Below are positions 13,458-24,539 of a DNA stretch of 64,000 bases, piece by piece (position 1 is the stretch's first letter; each line of letters opens with the position of its first letter). Made by a program: the position numbers and the translations under genes. The stretch is from Azolla caroliniana (lineage: Eukaryota > Plantae > Polypodiophyta). The stretch lies in the NCBI GenBank assembly GCA_043228905.1, contig JBHGNT010000010.1, forward strand, positions 18,538,001 through 18,602,000, read 5' to 3'. The notes below the pieces were generated by a model. It saw nothing but the letters and a program-made list of their open reading frames with translations. It did not search any database and was not told the origin of the DNA.

Positions 13458-16400
13458 TTGATGGCATCAACATCCGGCTCGTCAGAAATGAGTCTACGAA
13501 AGTTCGATGGATCGAACTTTAACTTCTGGAAGGAGCAAATGCAGGACTATCTCATAGTCAAGGGGCAAATCGATCCCATCGAAAATGAAGAACCTCCAGA
13601 AGGATACAAACCAATTGAGTGGCAGAAGCTGGACAGAATCGTCCGCGCCACGATTCGGATGCACCTATCGGAATCGGTATACTTCACGGTGCAATCGTGT
13701 ACGACAGCATTCGAACTGTGGAAAACACTGTCGGACACTTACGAAAAGAAGGTCGCCGCAACGAAGATGTTTCTGATCCGGCGCCTCTACAACTTGCGGA
13801 TGAAAGAATCCGACTCGGTCCAAGCACACCTCAATGAGTACGAAAGCATAAGCTCCCAAATCTCGTCACAGGGGACGGCAATCGAGGATGAACTCAGAGC
13901 AATGATACTCATGAGCAGCCTTCCCCCATCATGGGAAACTTTCGTCACAACCGTGTGCAACGCGTCAACCACGGCTGTTAAATACTCCGAAGTCACGAGC
14001 GCAATCCTGACCGAAGCAGCTCGGAGAAAGTCTTTCGCCAAAGACTCAACAGACGACGCCTACGTAGTACAAGGTTCGACAGACCGATCGAACATACGAG
14101 GACGAGATTCCTCACGGCCGCCGAACAATCAGCGAAGACGGAGCCAGTCACGGGATAACCGAATCTGCAACTATTGCAAGAAACCCGGACACATCAAAGC
14201 CGACTGCCGCGCACTCAAGAACAAGAACAACAAGAAGAGTGGCTGGCATGAGGAGATCAATTACGTCAGCTTCTCAGCTGATGTACTACCGGACGACCCG
14301 AATATACTATCAATAGAAAATCCAGTCGGATCAGAAGTTCTACTCACGACTGAAGAATCGAGCACATGGCTCTTGGATTCGGGCGCGTCATTTCACGTGA
14401 CTCCTCATCGATCCCAATTTCGGCAATATACGATCCGTCACTCCGACTCAGTTCGAGTCGGCAACTCACAACACTGTGACATCGTCGGAATCGGCACAGT
14501 AGAGCTCAACCTTGCAGGGGGCTCTACACTTGTACTCCACAATGTCCGACATGTACCCGAGCTCACAAGGCCATTGATCTCAGTCGGACAACTAGATGAA
14601 GACGGCATTCGTGCCGGTTTTTCTTCGGGAGGGTGGACACTCCACAGGGGGAACCTCCTGCTTGCTAGAGGACCCAAGATACACTCACTGTATCCGTTAC
14701 ATGTTACGCTCAGAGAGGGTAACCTGTTTTTGGTGGATATTCCTGTGTCATCATTATGGCACCGAAGATTAGGACACCTCAGCAAGGCCGGCATCACGCA
14801 CCTATCTAGCGCCGGATACATCCCCAAACTCTCCTTCTCGGACCATCAATTCTGCGAGCATTGCCAGTATGGCAAACAAGTAGCCGCATCACACCCGACA
14901 TCAGCACCAAGAGAAACGAGACCTCTCGATTTAGTCCATTCGGACGTCTGTGGCCCAATGCCGCATCAGTCTCTAGGCGGTGCCTCTTACTTCGTCAGTT
15001 TTATTGACGATTCGACTCGAAAGGTGTGGGCTTATCCAATTCGCACCAAAGATCGTGTCTTCTCGATCTTCACCGATTGGCTCGCTATGGTAGAAAATCA
15101 AACCGACCGAAAGCTGAAATGCCTTCGGACAGACAATGGGGGAGAGTTCAAATCCGATGAATTCGTCAAATTCTGCCGACAACGCGGCATCCGACGTGAA
15201 TTTACGGCACCACACAGTCCGGAGCAAAACGGGATTGCCGAACGAATGAATCGGACAATCCAAGAAAGGATAGTTTCCATGCTCCAACACTCCGGACTAT
15301 CGGATGGCTTCTGGGCAGAGGCTCTACTCACGGCAGTACACATAATCAATATGTCGCCAAGTAGACCTCTAGGACTTCAAATTCCTCAGGAACTATGGAT
15401 CGGCAGTAAGCCGAATTACGACAAGCTGAGGATCTTCGGATGCGAGGCGTACGCCCTCATTCCGAAAGATGATCGCCGAAAACTTGCACCTCGGTCCAGG
15501 AAATGCATTTTCCTTGGATATGGATCAGACGGCGAAATGGGATACCGACTCTGGGACCCCGAACGCAGACAAATCGTTCGAAGTTCGGACGTTGTGTTCA
15601 ACGAGTCGGCTATGAATCCATCAGTCGAAAAACCGATCGAAGTCCGAAGGGTAACATTCTCCGATGTGCCGACCCTTCAAGAAGGCCCCGCTCTCAACAC
15701 ACGGTCAGCTTCACGGGTAGCTGAACCTTATACTACCGACTCGGACAACTCTGACTCGGCACAGCCGAATGATTCGGTTTCGGACCATCCGACCTCGATA
15801 CCCGATGCGACCAGTCCAATCATACCTCAACGATCCGGGAGACTGTCGCAACCTCCGGAGAGGTATTCTCCTGGAATTTTCTTCACCGACGCCGGCGAAC
15901 CGACGTCTTACGAAGAAGCATCGACATCTGTCGATTCGGCCACCTGGCATCTGGCGATGGAGTCGGAAATGCACTCCATCCGGGCAAACAAGACTTGGGA
16001 TCTGGTCGAATTACCTAGGAACCGACGTGCTCTTCCTTGCAAGTGGGTTTATCGACTAAAAGAGACGTCTGATTCGACCACCCCAAAGTACAAGGCCAGA
16101 TTAGTTGCGAAGGGCTTCCGACAAGAATATGGCGTCGACTTCGACGAGATTTTTTCACCAGTGGTGAAAATGACAACCCTTCGTCTTCTGCTCGGCGTCG
16201 TGGCAGCCGACAACTTGGAGCTGATTCAGTTAGATGTCAAAACAGCCTTCCTCCATGGTGATCTCGAGGAGGAAATTTATATGGAGCAGCCAAAAGGCTT
16301 CGTGGCAACTGGCCAAGAACATCTAGTCTGCCGACTCAGGAAGAGTCTATACGGCCTCAAACAGGCACCGCGACAATGGTACAAGAAGTTCGACGACTTC

Positions 16401-17474
16401 ATCCAATCAATCGGCTTCTCCAAAAGCGATGAGGACCATTGTCTCTTCACCAACACAGCTCGAGATGGATCACCCATCTTCCTCATCATTTACGTGGACG
16501 ACATGCTAATTTCTGGACGCCACGCGGGCGAACTTGCCGATCTCGTTCGGCAACTGCGGTTGAAGTTTGCCATGAAGGACCTCGGTCCGGCACGACACAT
16601 CCTTGGCATGAAGATTAGTCGGCATCGCAATAAACGACATCTTTTTTTGTCTCAGACCGACTATATCGGACGTGTCTTGGAACGCTTCAACATGCAATCA
16701 GCCAAATCTGCTTCAACCCCACTCCCTATGAATCTTCGGCTCTCTCAGCGAGACTGCCCGACATCCGGTTCGGAGGGGGAAGATATGAAGTCGGTACCGT
16801 ATGCACCGGCAGTCGGCTCCCTTATGTACCTGATGGTCGCGACACGGCCTGACATCTCTCATGCCGTAGGAGTCGTTAGCAGATTTATGCACAATCCTGG
16901 CCGATCGCATTGGAACGCAGTCAAGCATGTGTTCAGATATCTGGCTGGCACAAAAGACCATGGCATTCTTTTCGGACCGAACCGAACCTCAGGCGTAGTC
17001 GGTTATACCGACTCGGACTTCGCCGGCTGTATAGACAGTCGGAAATCAACAACCGGATACTGCTTCAAATTCGGCAATGGAGCAATCTCGTGGAAGTCGA
17101 AACTTCAGGAGTGCACAGCGACCTCAACGACCGAAGCAGAATATGTAGCTGCGTCCGACGCAGCAAAAGAAGCTTTGTGGCTCGGTCGGCTGGCGCACAC
17201 GTTTCGACAAGTCGAACATGACTCGGCTCCAGTTGTCTACAGCGACAGTCAAGGTGCTGTTGCCTTGTCGAAAAATCCGGTTCACCACAACGCCTCCAAA
17301 CATATCGACGTTCGATATCACTTCGTTCGGGACTGCGTCATTTCAGGGAAAATCGGTCTAGAGAAAATATCCACAACCGATAATGTCGCAGATGGAATGA
17401 CCAAATGTCTCTCGGCAGACCGTTTTCGGTCTCTTCGGCATCAGATGGGCGTAACGACAAACCAGTCCGGTTAG
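13458..17474 (+). CDS. pol: Copia gag-pol polyprotein (Gag, PR, INT, RT, RNase H), 1338 aa
   Basis: Uninterrupted ORF: CNYCKKPGHIKADC, WLLDSGASFH, GAG-pre-integrase WHRRLGH..CEHC, HSDVCGP/RTDNGGEF/NGIAERMNR, YVDDML, YTDSDFAG..EAEY..KHIDVRYH. Confidence 0.97.
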   Translation: MMASTSGSSEMSLRKFDGSNFNFWKEQMQDYLIVKGQIDPIENEEPPEGYKPIEWQKLDRIVRATIRMHLSESVYFTVQSCTTAFELWKTLSDTYEKKVAATKMFLIRRLYNLRMKESDSVQAHLNEYESISSQISSQGTAIEDELRAMILMSSLPPSWETFVTTVCNASTTAVKYSEVTSAILTEAARRKSFAKDSTDDAYVVQGSTDRSNIRGRDSSRPPNNQRRRSQSRDNRICNYCKKPGHIKADCRALKNKNNKKSGWHEEINYVSFSADVLPDDPNILSIENPVGSEVLLTTEESSTWLLDSGASFHVTPHRSQFRQYTIRHSDSVRVGNSQHCDIVGIGTVELNLAGGSTLVLHNVRHVPELTRPLISVGQLDEDGIRAGFSSGGWTLHRGNLLLARGPKIHSLYPLHVTLREGNLFLVDIPVSSLWHRRLGHLSKAGITHLSSAGYIPKLSFSDHQFCEHCQYGKQVAASHPTSAPRETRPLDLVHSDVCGPMPHQSLGGASYFVSFIDDSTRKVWAYPIRTKDRVFSIFTDWLAMVENQTDRKLKCLRTDNGGEFKSDEFVKFCRQRGIRREFTAPHSPEQNGIAERMNRTIQERIVSMLQHSGLSDGFWAEALLTAVHIINMSPSRPLGLQIPQELWIGSKPNYDKLRIFGCEAYALIPKDDRRKLAPRSRKCIFLGYGSDGEMGYRLWDPERRQIVRSSDVVFNESAMNPSVEKPIEVRRVTFSDVPTLQEGPALNTRSASRVAEPYTTDSDNSDSAQPNDSVSDHPTSIPDATSPIIPQRSGRLSQPPERYSPGIFFTDAGEPTSYEEASTSVDSATWHLAMESEMHSIRANKTWDLVELPRNRRALPCKWVYRLKETSDSTTPKYKARLVAKGFRQEYGVDFDEIFSPVVKMTTLRLLLGVVAADNLELIQLDVKTAFLHGDLEEEIYMEQPKGFVATGQEHLVCRLRKSLYGLKQAPRQWYKKFDDFIQSIGFSKSDEDHCLFTNTARDGSPIFLIIYVDDMLISGRHAGELADLVRQLRLKFAMKDLGPARHILGMKISRHRNKRHLFLSQTDYIGRVLERFNMQSAKSASTPLPMNLRLSQRDCPTSGSEGEDMKSVPYAPAVGSLMYLMVATRPDISHAVGVVSRFMHNPGRSHWNAVKHVFRYLAGTKDHGILFGPNRTSGVVGYTDSDFAGCIDSRKSTTGYCFKFGNGAISWKSKLQECTATSTTEAEYVAASDAAKEALWLGRLAHTFRQVEHDSAPVVYSDSQGAVALSKNPVHHNASKHIDVRYHFVRDCVISGKIGLEKISTTDNVADGMTKCLSADRFRSLRHQMGVTTNQSG

Positions 17475-17667
17475 AGCCGGACACAGAGCAGGATGGTTCC
17501 CGACAACCGACATCAGCTCCTTAATGATCGGCTTCAACTGTCCCGACCCGACCAGTTCGGTCTTCTGTCTTCGGATCCTGCCGACTCGAACAAAGCTGAT
17601 ATGTCCGAGAACCTAAGTCTATACCTGTAATCTTAGATAACCCATGTATACGCCCATTACGGGGGAG

Positions 17668-17946
17668 TGTCGAATACATGTGTATAATGGACGTATTCAC
17701 ACCATCCCGTTTCGGCCATTTATGTAATTAGCATAAAGGGTAGTTGCCCTAAGTCGGTCACTATATATAGTGACCTTGTAACCTCTTTGTGAGGTTGGTT
17801 GTTGTATTATTGCTTTGTGAAATAAAGAGTCTTTTGTGTGTCTCTCTCTCTCTCTCTGTGCAACGACCTACATTCTGTCATACACAGGGAATAAACAGGA
17901 ATCGAGTGCTTCAAGATCTTCCGCACTGACGACATTGCTTCCAACA
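17668..17946 (+). repeat. Copia-2 3' LTR
   Basis: Direct repeat of 12591-12869. Confidence 0.96.
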
Positions 17947-18412
17947 CGACGACTTCCAAGTCCTGGCGGATGAATAGCTGGCGCAGGTCAGGCAGCTCGT
18001 AGCTCAGCTAGATGATGATAAGCTGGACGCTCAAATCCAGTTTGAAAGCTACGAGTGGTCCGGGGTTCAGGAAGAAAAAGCACGGGAAGCGGCAACAGTT
18101 AACCTTAGTGATGAGGAACCGTCGCCGGCTGAAGGCCAGCCGGGAACCAGTCAACCGGAGACCACTACGACGAAGGGAGCAACGACGGAGACGCCGGTGT
18201 CAGAGCAACAAACGGAGGAGCAGCCGCAGCAGCCACCAACGGACCCGCTACAACAGACATCAACAGAGCAACAACAACAACAACAACAACAACCACTTCC
18301 AGATGAACCATTGGAGCCTCTCGAACAGAGCATTCTGGATATTTTGGACGAAGAATAGCAAGGGTCGGTTGTGGATTCGACGTACAAGGTACTGTCCCAC
18401 GAGCGTGCCATG

Positions 18413-18847
18413 TGTTACCGGCCGACAAAGGAGTCCAGAGTGGGAAACGGAGAGTTATTTAAGTACTAGGAATGTGGTTGTAATTAAGCTATGAGTGTGG
18501 ACGGACGGACCGGAATCGGTATGCCGTTCCGAATCCGGACCGATCCCAAACAGGTGCGGATGGCACCGTTTTGTAATACAGACCGAAAACCTATTTAAAG
18601 GCCCGGATACAATGTAATGAATAGCGGTTAATTAATAAAAGCTTAGCGTTGTTATCTCTCTGTGTTAATTACCGTTTTGTCTTAATTGTTATATCTTACG
18701 CGTGTGATTATGAAAGACGATCATGCTAAGTAACTTAATGAAGTCGAATTAAGCGTTGAGTCTAATCCGGTTGCCGTAACACCCTTTGGTGAAGTGTCTT
18801 CCGTAGACACCCTGTGTTAGGCCATTGTCCGGCCCTAAGAGTTAACA
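18413..18847 (+). repeat. Gypsy A 3' LTR (~435 bp)
   Basis: TGTTA..TAACA termini; plus-strand TATA-like TATTTAAA (~18593) and AATAAA (~18634); right end fixed by resumption of Copia-3. Left end is inferred because the partner LTR is outside the window. Confidence 0.72.
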
Positions 18848-20692
18848 TCAATGAGTTTTCCATGCATCAATCGGTTGAAAAGTCGATCGAAGTCCGAAGG
18901 GTAACTTTTTTCGATGTGCCAACCCTTCTCGAAAACCCAGCACACAACACACGGTCAGCTTCACGGGTAGCTGAACCTTCAAACACCGACTCAGAGAATT
19001 TTGACTTGGCACACCGAATGCGACTAGTCCAGTCATACCTCGAAGATCCGTGAGCCTGTCGCAACCCCCAGAGAGATACTCTCCTGGCATCTTCTTTACG
19101 GACGTCGGAGAATCGACATCATACGAAGAAGCATTGGTGTCAGCCGATTCGGCCACCTGACATCTGGCGATGGTCCATGGAATCCGAAATGAACTCCATT
19201 CGCGCAAACAAGACTTGGGACCTGGTCGAATTACCGAAAAATCGACGCGCTCTTCCGTGTAAGTGGGTCTATCGAATTATCGAAAATTTGACACATTCTT
19301 GGTATGAAGATAAGTCAGAATCGTAATCAATGACAATTGTTTCTGTCCCAGACCGACTACATTGGACGTGTCCTCGAACGCTTCAACATGCAGTCAACGA
19401 AATCTACCTCTACCACGCTCCCTATTCATACTTGGCTATTTCAGCGAAACTGTCTGACATCCGGTCCGGAGGGGGAAATTATAAAGTCGGTATCGTATGC
19501 ACCGACTTTTGGCTCCCTAATGTACGCGATGGTCGCGACACAACCTGATATCGCTCACGCCGTGGGAGTCGTCAACAGATTTATGCATAACCCCGACCAA
19601 TCGCACTGGAACGCAGTCAAGCATGTGTTCAAATATCTGGTGGGCACAAAAGACCTTGGTATTCTATTCGGCCCGAACGACATCTTAGGCGTAGTCGGGT
19701 ATACTGACTCTGACTTTGCGGGCTGCATAGACAGCAATAAATCGACAACCAGATATTGTTTCAAATTTAGTAATGGAGCCATCTCATGGAAATCAAAACT
19801 TCAAGAGTGCACCACCACATCAACGACCAAGGCCGAATACGTAGCTGTGTTCGATGCGGCAAAGGAGGCCTTATGGCTCAGTCGGCTGGCTTGGACATTT
19901 TGACAAGCCGAAATTGACTCGACTCCAATTGTGTACCGTGCCAGTCAAGGTGTTGTTGCTCTGTTGAAAAATCCAGTTCATCGCAACGCCTCCAAGCATA
20001 TTGATGTTCGATATCATTTCGTTCAGGATTGTGTCATTTCAGGGAAAATCGGCCTTGGTACCTACAACCGATAACGTTGCGGATGCAATGACCAAGTGTC
20101 TCCCGACGGATCGATTTCAATCCCTTCAGCATTGAATGGGCGTAATGAAGAATCAATCCGATTAAATCGGACACTCAGGACATTTCTCGGACAATAGACC
20201 TGGATATTTCGAACTTCAGCTTTAGCCTCTCTGAACTCGGCCAATACGGCCTTCTGCTCTTCAGAGTTCACCGACTTGAACGAATTCTCGATTGTTCCTA
20301 AACCTTGTATCAATATGTATTGTACATTCATTTTGGTCTACAGATTTCAGATGTATACGCCCATTACGGGGGAGTGTTGAATACAGGCTTCTAATGGACA
20401 CATTCACACTGTCTCCTTTTGTACACACTAGGCTTAGGCTATTTATGTAAATAGTGAGAAAGGCAGTTGCCCTAAGTCAGTCAGTATATAAACCAACTTT
20501 GTAACCTAGTTAGTGGTTGTTGCTTTAAGTTGAAATATACTCGTGACATTGTGCCCAATTGTCTCTCTCTTTTGCGTACTAGTTGTATTGTTTGCCTTTG
20601 CTACCATCAAAGTTACGATCTTGCATCCTTTCTTGATCTTATCCTAGAAGAGTGTTGATCTTGTTCCGCATTAGATGATGGTGATCCCAACA
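18848..20692 (+). mobile_element. Copia-3: decayed 3' half of an older relative of Copia-1/2, with 3' LTR 20375-20692
   Basis: Homologous to Copia-2 from the INT-RT linker to RNase H (YTDSDFAG); RT core deleted; same PPT CGCCCATTACGGGGGAG; LTR TGTTG..CAACA. Confidence 0.9.
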
Positions 20693-21425
20693 GTATTGGC
20701 CCTGGACGCCCCTGATGCTTATCCCCCACTATTAGGCCGCCCATGGTTGCACTTGGCAAACATCAAGCAGAATTGGCAGTTTGACAACATCTGTTTTTCG
20801 CCAGGGCCGAGCCAAGGTTCTGGTGCCGACACAGGGGAGCACCCACACCACTCAAATTATGACTCCGCTTTACACAAAAGAAGTCCACATGCTCAAGGGG
20901 TTAGACGACGAGGAACTAAAAACTTATCTAGAAGAGAACCCTCGAATTGTACCATTGTTCAAGATCGAGGTCATCGAGATGGTTAGAGCGTATGCCATGC
21001 CGGGAACAACATGAGACGAGGATTGTGAACCCGATACGGAGGCCCTAGTGGAACTCCATAGGGCAGAGGATGTGTTCGACCGAGAAATGGAAATCTCTAG
21101 ATGCGTCATGGCATCGGCCTTAGAAGAAATCAATGTAGGGACTTCCAACACATCGCATCCTCTCTCGATCGCAAAGGACTTACCTCCTTTGGAAAAGGCA
21201 ACCATGATTAACCTATTGCACAAAGATAAAGATGTCTTCGCATGGTCTCATGAGGATATGAAGGATCTGGACCCCAAATTGTACCAGCACTAGATTAACT
21301 TGGCAACAGATGCAAAGCCCCTCTAGCAAATGCGTTATTGCATGAACCCGAATTTGCAACTCCCATAAAAGAAGAAATAGACAAACTCTTGAAAATCGGG
21401 TTCATCAGACCAGTCAAGAAGGTTT

Positions 21426-24400
21426 GTATACTTGTGGGATTCGCAAGTTTCTATCTCTCGTTTATATAATCTATTCATAATTAGACTTGTCTCAAATTCT
21501 TCCTCCTAGTCCAAAACCCCAGTGGTTCCCACCCGACTCACACAACGATCTGGTGCCGAAAGGCACGAAACAAGTGGTGAACCCGACATGAAAACGGGTG
21601 GCAAGGAGATGGAGAATCAACAAGAGGCGATGAACATGATGATGATGATGTTTGAGCGGATGCAACAAGAACAACGTGCGATGTCAGAGATGAAGGCTGC
21701 AATGGAGCGGCTTGTGCAACGAAATGGGGAATTCAACGGAAAGGATGTGTCATGCTATCTACGTGAATACAAGGCGGAGATGATGCGATGTGGGATACCA
21801 GAAGGATTGCAAGTGATATCCTTCAATTGGGTAGTCACAGATGAGTTGCAGGAAAGCATATATGAGATACAACAATAGAACCCAACGTGGGTGTCCTTTG
21901 AGAAAGCACTATTGGAGAAGTATGACTGCGAAAGAACGACGACCAAGGATAAGGTCGATAACTTGAGAGTGGCGAACACCACTTCAAGAACAGAAGAAGG
22001 TTTCGGAATACAAGTATCCGAAACATCGGGTGAAAAACGAATAAGCATAATCAATGCTTGCATTATCGAGGGAGATAAAGAGTGCGGGCAGACTTGATTG
22101 AGGAGGTCGCCACGAAAGATGACATCGAATTGGAGGTGGCTATGGACGAATCAATGGCGGATGGCCGTATGAAGACTTTCCCACCACTAGTTCTAAAGAC
22201 TTTGGCAGTTGCATTCTAAGGACAACATGAGACCGAAGAGATGGAAGGTGGCGGAGAGAAAACAATGTTCGAAACCGATGCATACGATGGAGAGATAGCC
22301 AAGAAGGTGGCTATGGGTGAAACAACGGAGAACGATAATACCGAGGATTCCTGCCCACTAATCCTAGAGACTTCGGCGGTTGTGTCCGAGAAGCAACATG
22401 AGACCGGAGAGACGGGAGATGACGGCGAGGAAGGTAAAGTTAGAAGCCGGTTCGGATGGAAGATGATCTAAACGAAAGTAGACAACGCGGAGGTCGGGTC
22501 TGCGTCAGGAGAAGCGCGTAATAAGGAGCACGCGCTACGGTGCAAAATGGAGCATGCACTACGACGGAATACGAAGCATGCACTACGGCGTAATACGACG
22601 CAAGCACTACGACGAAAAATGAAGTGTGCATTACAGCCGCACGAGGACCTAAGAGCAAGCGCGTATTCAGAGGTCAACATCGATGTTTGGGTAGAGCCTA
22701 CGGAAGGCAAGCGCGGAACGGAGAGAGACAACATGGTGAGATGCTCAGGACGAGGGGACGATTGAGTCAAAGGAGGAACGAAGGCGGCACGCGAGGGGCA
22801 AAATCCGGCATGCGATCGGAGTGACTGGGGGCCCAATCGGAGGACCTACGCGGCAAACAATGGAAAGAAGTGTCGGAGGTCGAACTGGTCGAGGCCAGTG
22901 AAAACAAGGAAAAGGAAACAAATCTGGACAGAAACTAATCGGTCGAAACCGACCTGAAAGGTGGCCGAATCGGTAAAAACCGATCAACCGAGTCTGAATC
23001 AGCCGAATACGAATCAGAACAGAAGCGGATTCAACCGAAAGACGATTAGACGAGACCGATTCGGAAATAAGCTAATCCGACTCAACCGGAGGTCGAAAAG
23101 ATCAAGGTTGACGATTACGAGGAAGAGGTCAAGCAGGTGCACTACAAAGGATGACAAGGATCAAGCGGGCCAAACAAATTTGAAGGGTGTTACCAAGGAT
23201 GAGATCTCGACAAAGGAGGGCTATAACATGAAGATTGTCAACTCTAACGCAAGATTATATGACAAAGGTGGACAAAGTGGGAATCATGGCACATGCACAA
23301 GACATGAAGGGTTATGCTCAAGAGGAGCACGAGGAGCCGTGACAACCGGCCATGGCCATGCAAACAGTGAACGAAGACTATGGTGGATCGGATGGCGACA
23401 ATGGTTCAGGTGGCAAGAATGGATATGCTCAAAATGGAGAGAGAAAGTTGACATAGCGAGAGAAACGGAGGGTACTACGGGTAAAGGAGAATTACGAGCA
23501 CCGGAAATTTCGGCACATACCGGAGGATGTGCAGGTTCGGAAGGGGTGAGTGTCGTAGTGTATTTCGTACACTACGTGAACAATTGCATTTTGGTTCCTA
23601 CGGATGGGACAAGGAGGAACCGGTAAGGAGAACCAGTGAGAACCGGTAAGGAGAACCGGTGAGAACCGGATGAAGGAGGAACCGGTAAGGAGACCCGGTA
23701 AGAACCGAATCAAGGAGAACTGGCAAGAGCCGGATAAAGAAGGCCGGTGAGAGTCTCTCACCGGATGAAGAGACAAATTTGTAAATAAAAGAAAAGTCTG
23801 TTACATGCACAGGGCAGGATTTGAACCCTGTACCTCCATGTTAATAATGTAAAGCCTTACCATTACACTAACATATCATTAGCACAAAAAAGTAAGTGCA
23901 CACTAGGATAAACTTTAGTTAGAAGAAAACACATGATAAAAGAAAAAGCTACACATGCACATCTAGCGTGCATAAACACTATAGTCGATAAAAACGCATC
24001 AAGTTAGAAAAAGCAAGATCACTTTAGAAAAAACATGTTAGATAAAGCATATAGTCTATTGTTAGAGAAAAAGCATGGATTATTAAGACTCTCTCATCAC
24101 TATATAAGGATGGGGAGCACGATGTAATAGGGGTGTGGAATATTTGGAAATTGGATATATTTCCTAAAACACCAATTAATAAAATATATTCGTGGGATTC
24201 ACGAAATAAACTATACTCATGGGATTCACGAGATTTCTATATCCTTCTCTTTCAATCTAAATTCATATTCTTACATAAATATTGATTTATATAATACTTG
24301 TGGAATTCACAAGGTTTGATCTTTTTTCTCAATTTATTCTAATATATTCTAAACTATTTCAATTTATTACTACGATTAAGATAAACTAAAACAACTATAC

Positions 24401-24539
24401 TTGTGGGATTCGCAAGTTTCTATCTCTCATTTATATAATCTATTCATAATTAGACTTGTCTCAAATTCTTCCTCCTAGTCAAAAACCCCAGTGGTTCCCA
24501 CCCGACTCACGCAACGATCTGGCGCCGAAAGGCACGACA
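21426..24539 (+). mobile_element. Trp-primed non-autonomous Gypsy-group element (partial gag only); 5' LTR truncated (21426-21570), 3' LTR 23551-24539
   Basis: PBS TGGTGAACCCGACATGAA 21575-21592; gag N-terminus GEFNGKDVSCYLREYKAEM homologous to the 52619 ORF; remnant 5' LTR matches the end of the 3' LTR; followed by ACGT. Confidence 0.85.
23617..23775 (+). repeat. CCGG-rich short tandem repeats in LTR U3 (GAGAACCGGTAAG-like)
   Basis: More than ten degenerate 10-15 bp units visible directly. Confidence 0.8.

Larger units (their letters stand above)
12591..17946 (+). mobile_element. Copia-2: full-length, apparently intact, very young Ty1/Copia element, TSD CGACG
   Basis: 279-bp LTRs 12591-12869 and 17668-17946 differ at about one base; TSD 12586-12590 / 17947-17951; PBS TGGTATCAGAGC 12872-12883; PPT ..TTACGGGGGAG ending 17667. 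Confidence 0.98.
9291..18469 (+). pseudogene. Gypsy A extra 3' ORF (env-like position), roughly 1000 aa when rebuilt; segments 9291-11607, 12316-12590, 17952-18469
   Basis: Frame re-joins across both insertions (AEDN|VKIIKQ; ELAD|DFQVLA). Globular N-terminal part, Pro/Glu-rich linker, long coiled coil, poly-Gln tail; one frameshift and several stops. Confidence 0.7.
1..18847 (+). mobile_element. Gypsy A: Athila-like (non-chromovirus) Ty3/Gypsy LTR retrotransposon, RT deleted, 5' LTR outside window, carries three nested insertions
   Basis: Order is gag-PR-(RT missing)-RNaseH-integrase-extra ORF-LTR ending GTTAACA at 18847, after which Copia-3 coding sequence resumes (TCAAT.., FNEFSMHQSVEK). 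Integrase motifs KWGLDFVGPF, ISDQGGHF, STPYYPQANG, KLRFRWTGPY; no chromodomain or extra archaeal-type RNase H seen. Confidence 0.85.

Noticed and set aside
219-17946. Giant terminal inverted repeats of one DNA element
   Set aside because: The arms are two independent Copia insertions, each with its own TSD.
22961-23626. 221-aa ORF as a host gene
   Set aside because: Lies in the degenerate interior of a non-autonomous element, runs into the LTR and has no motif.
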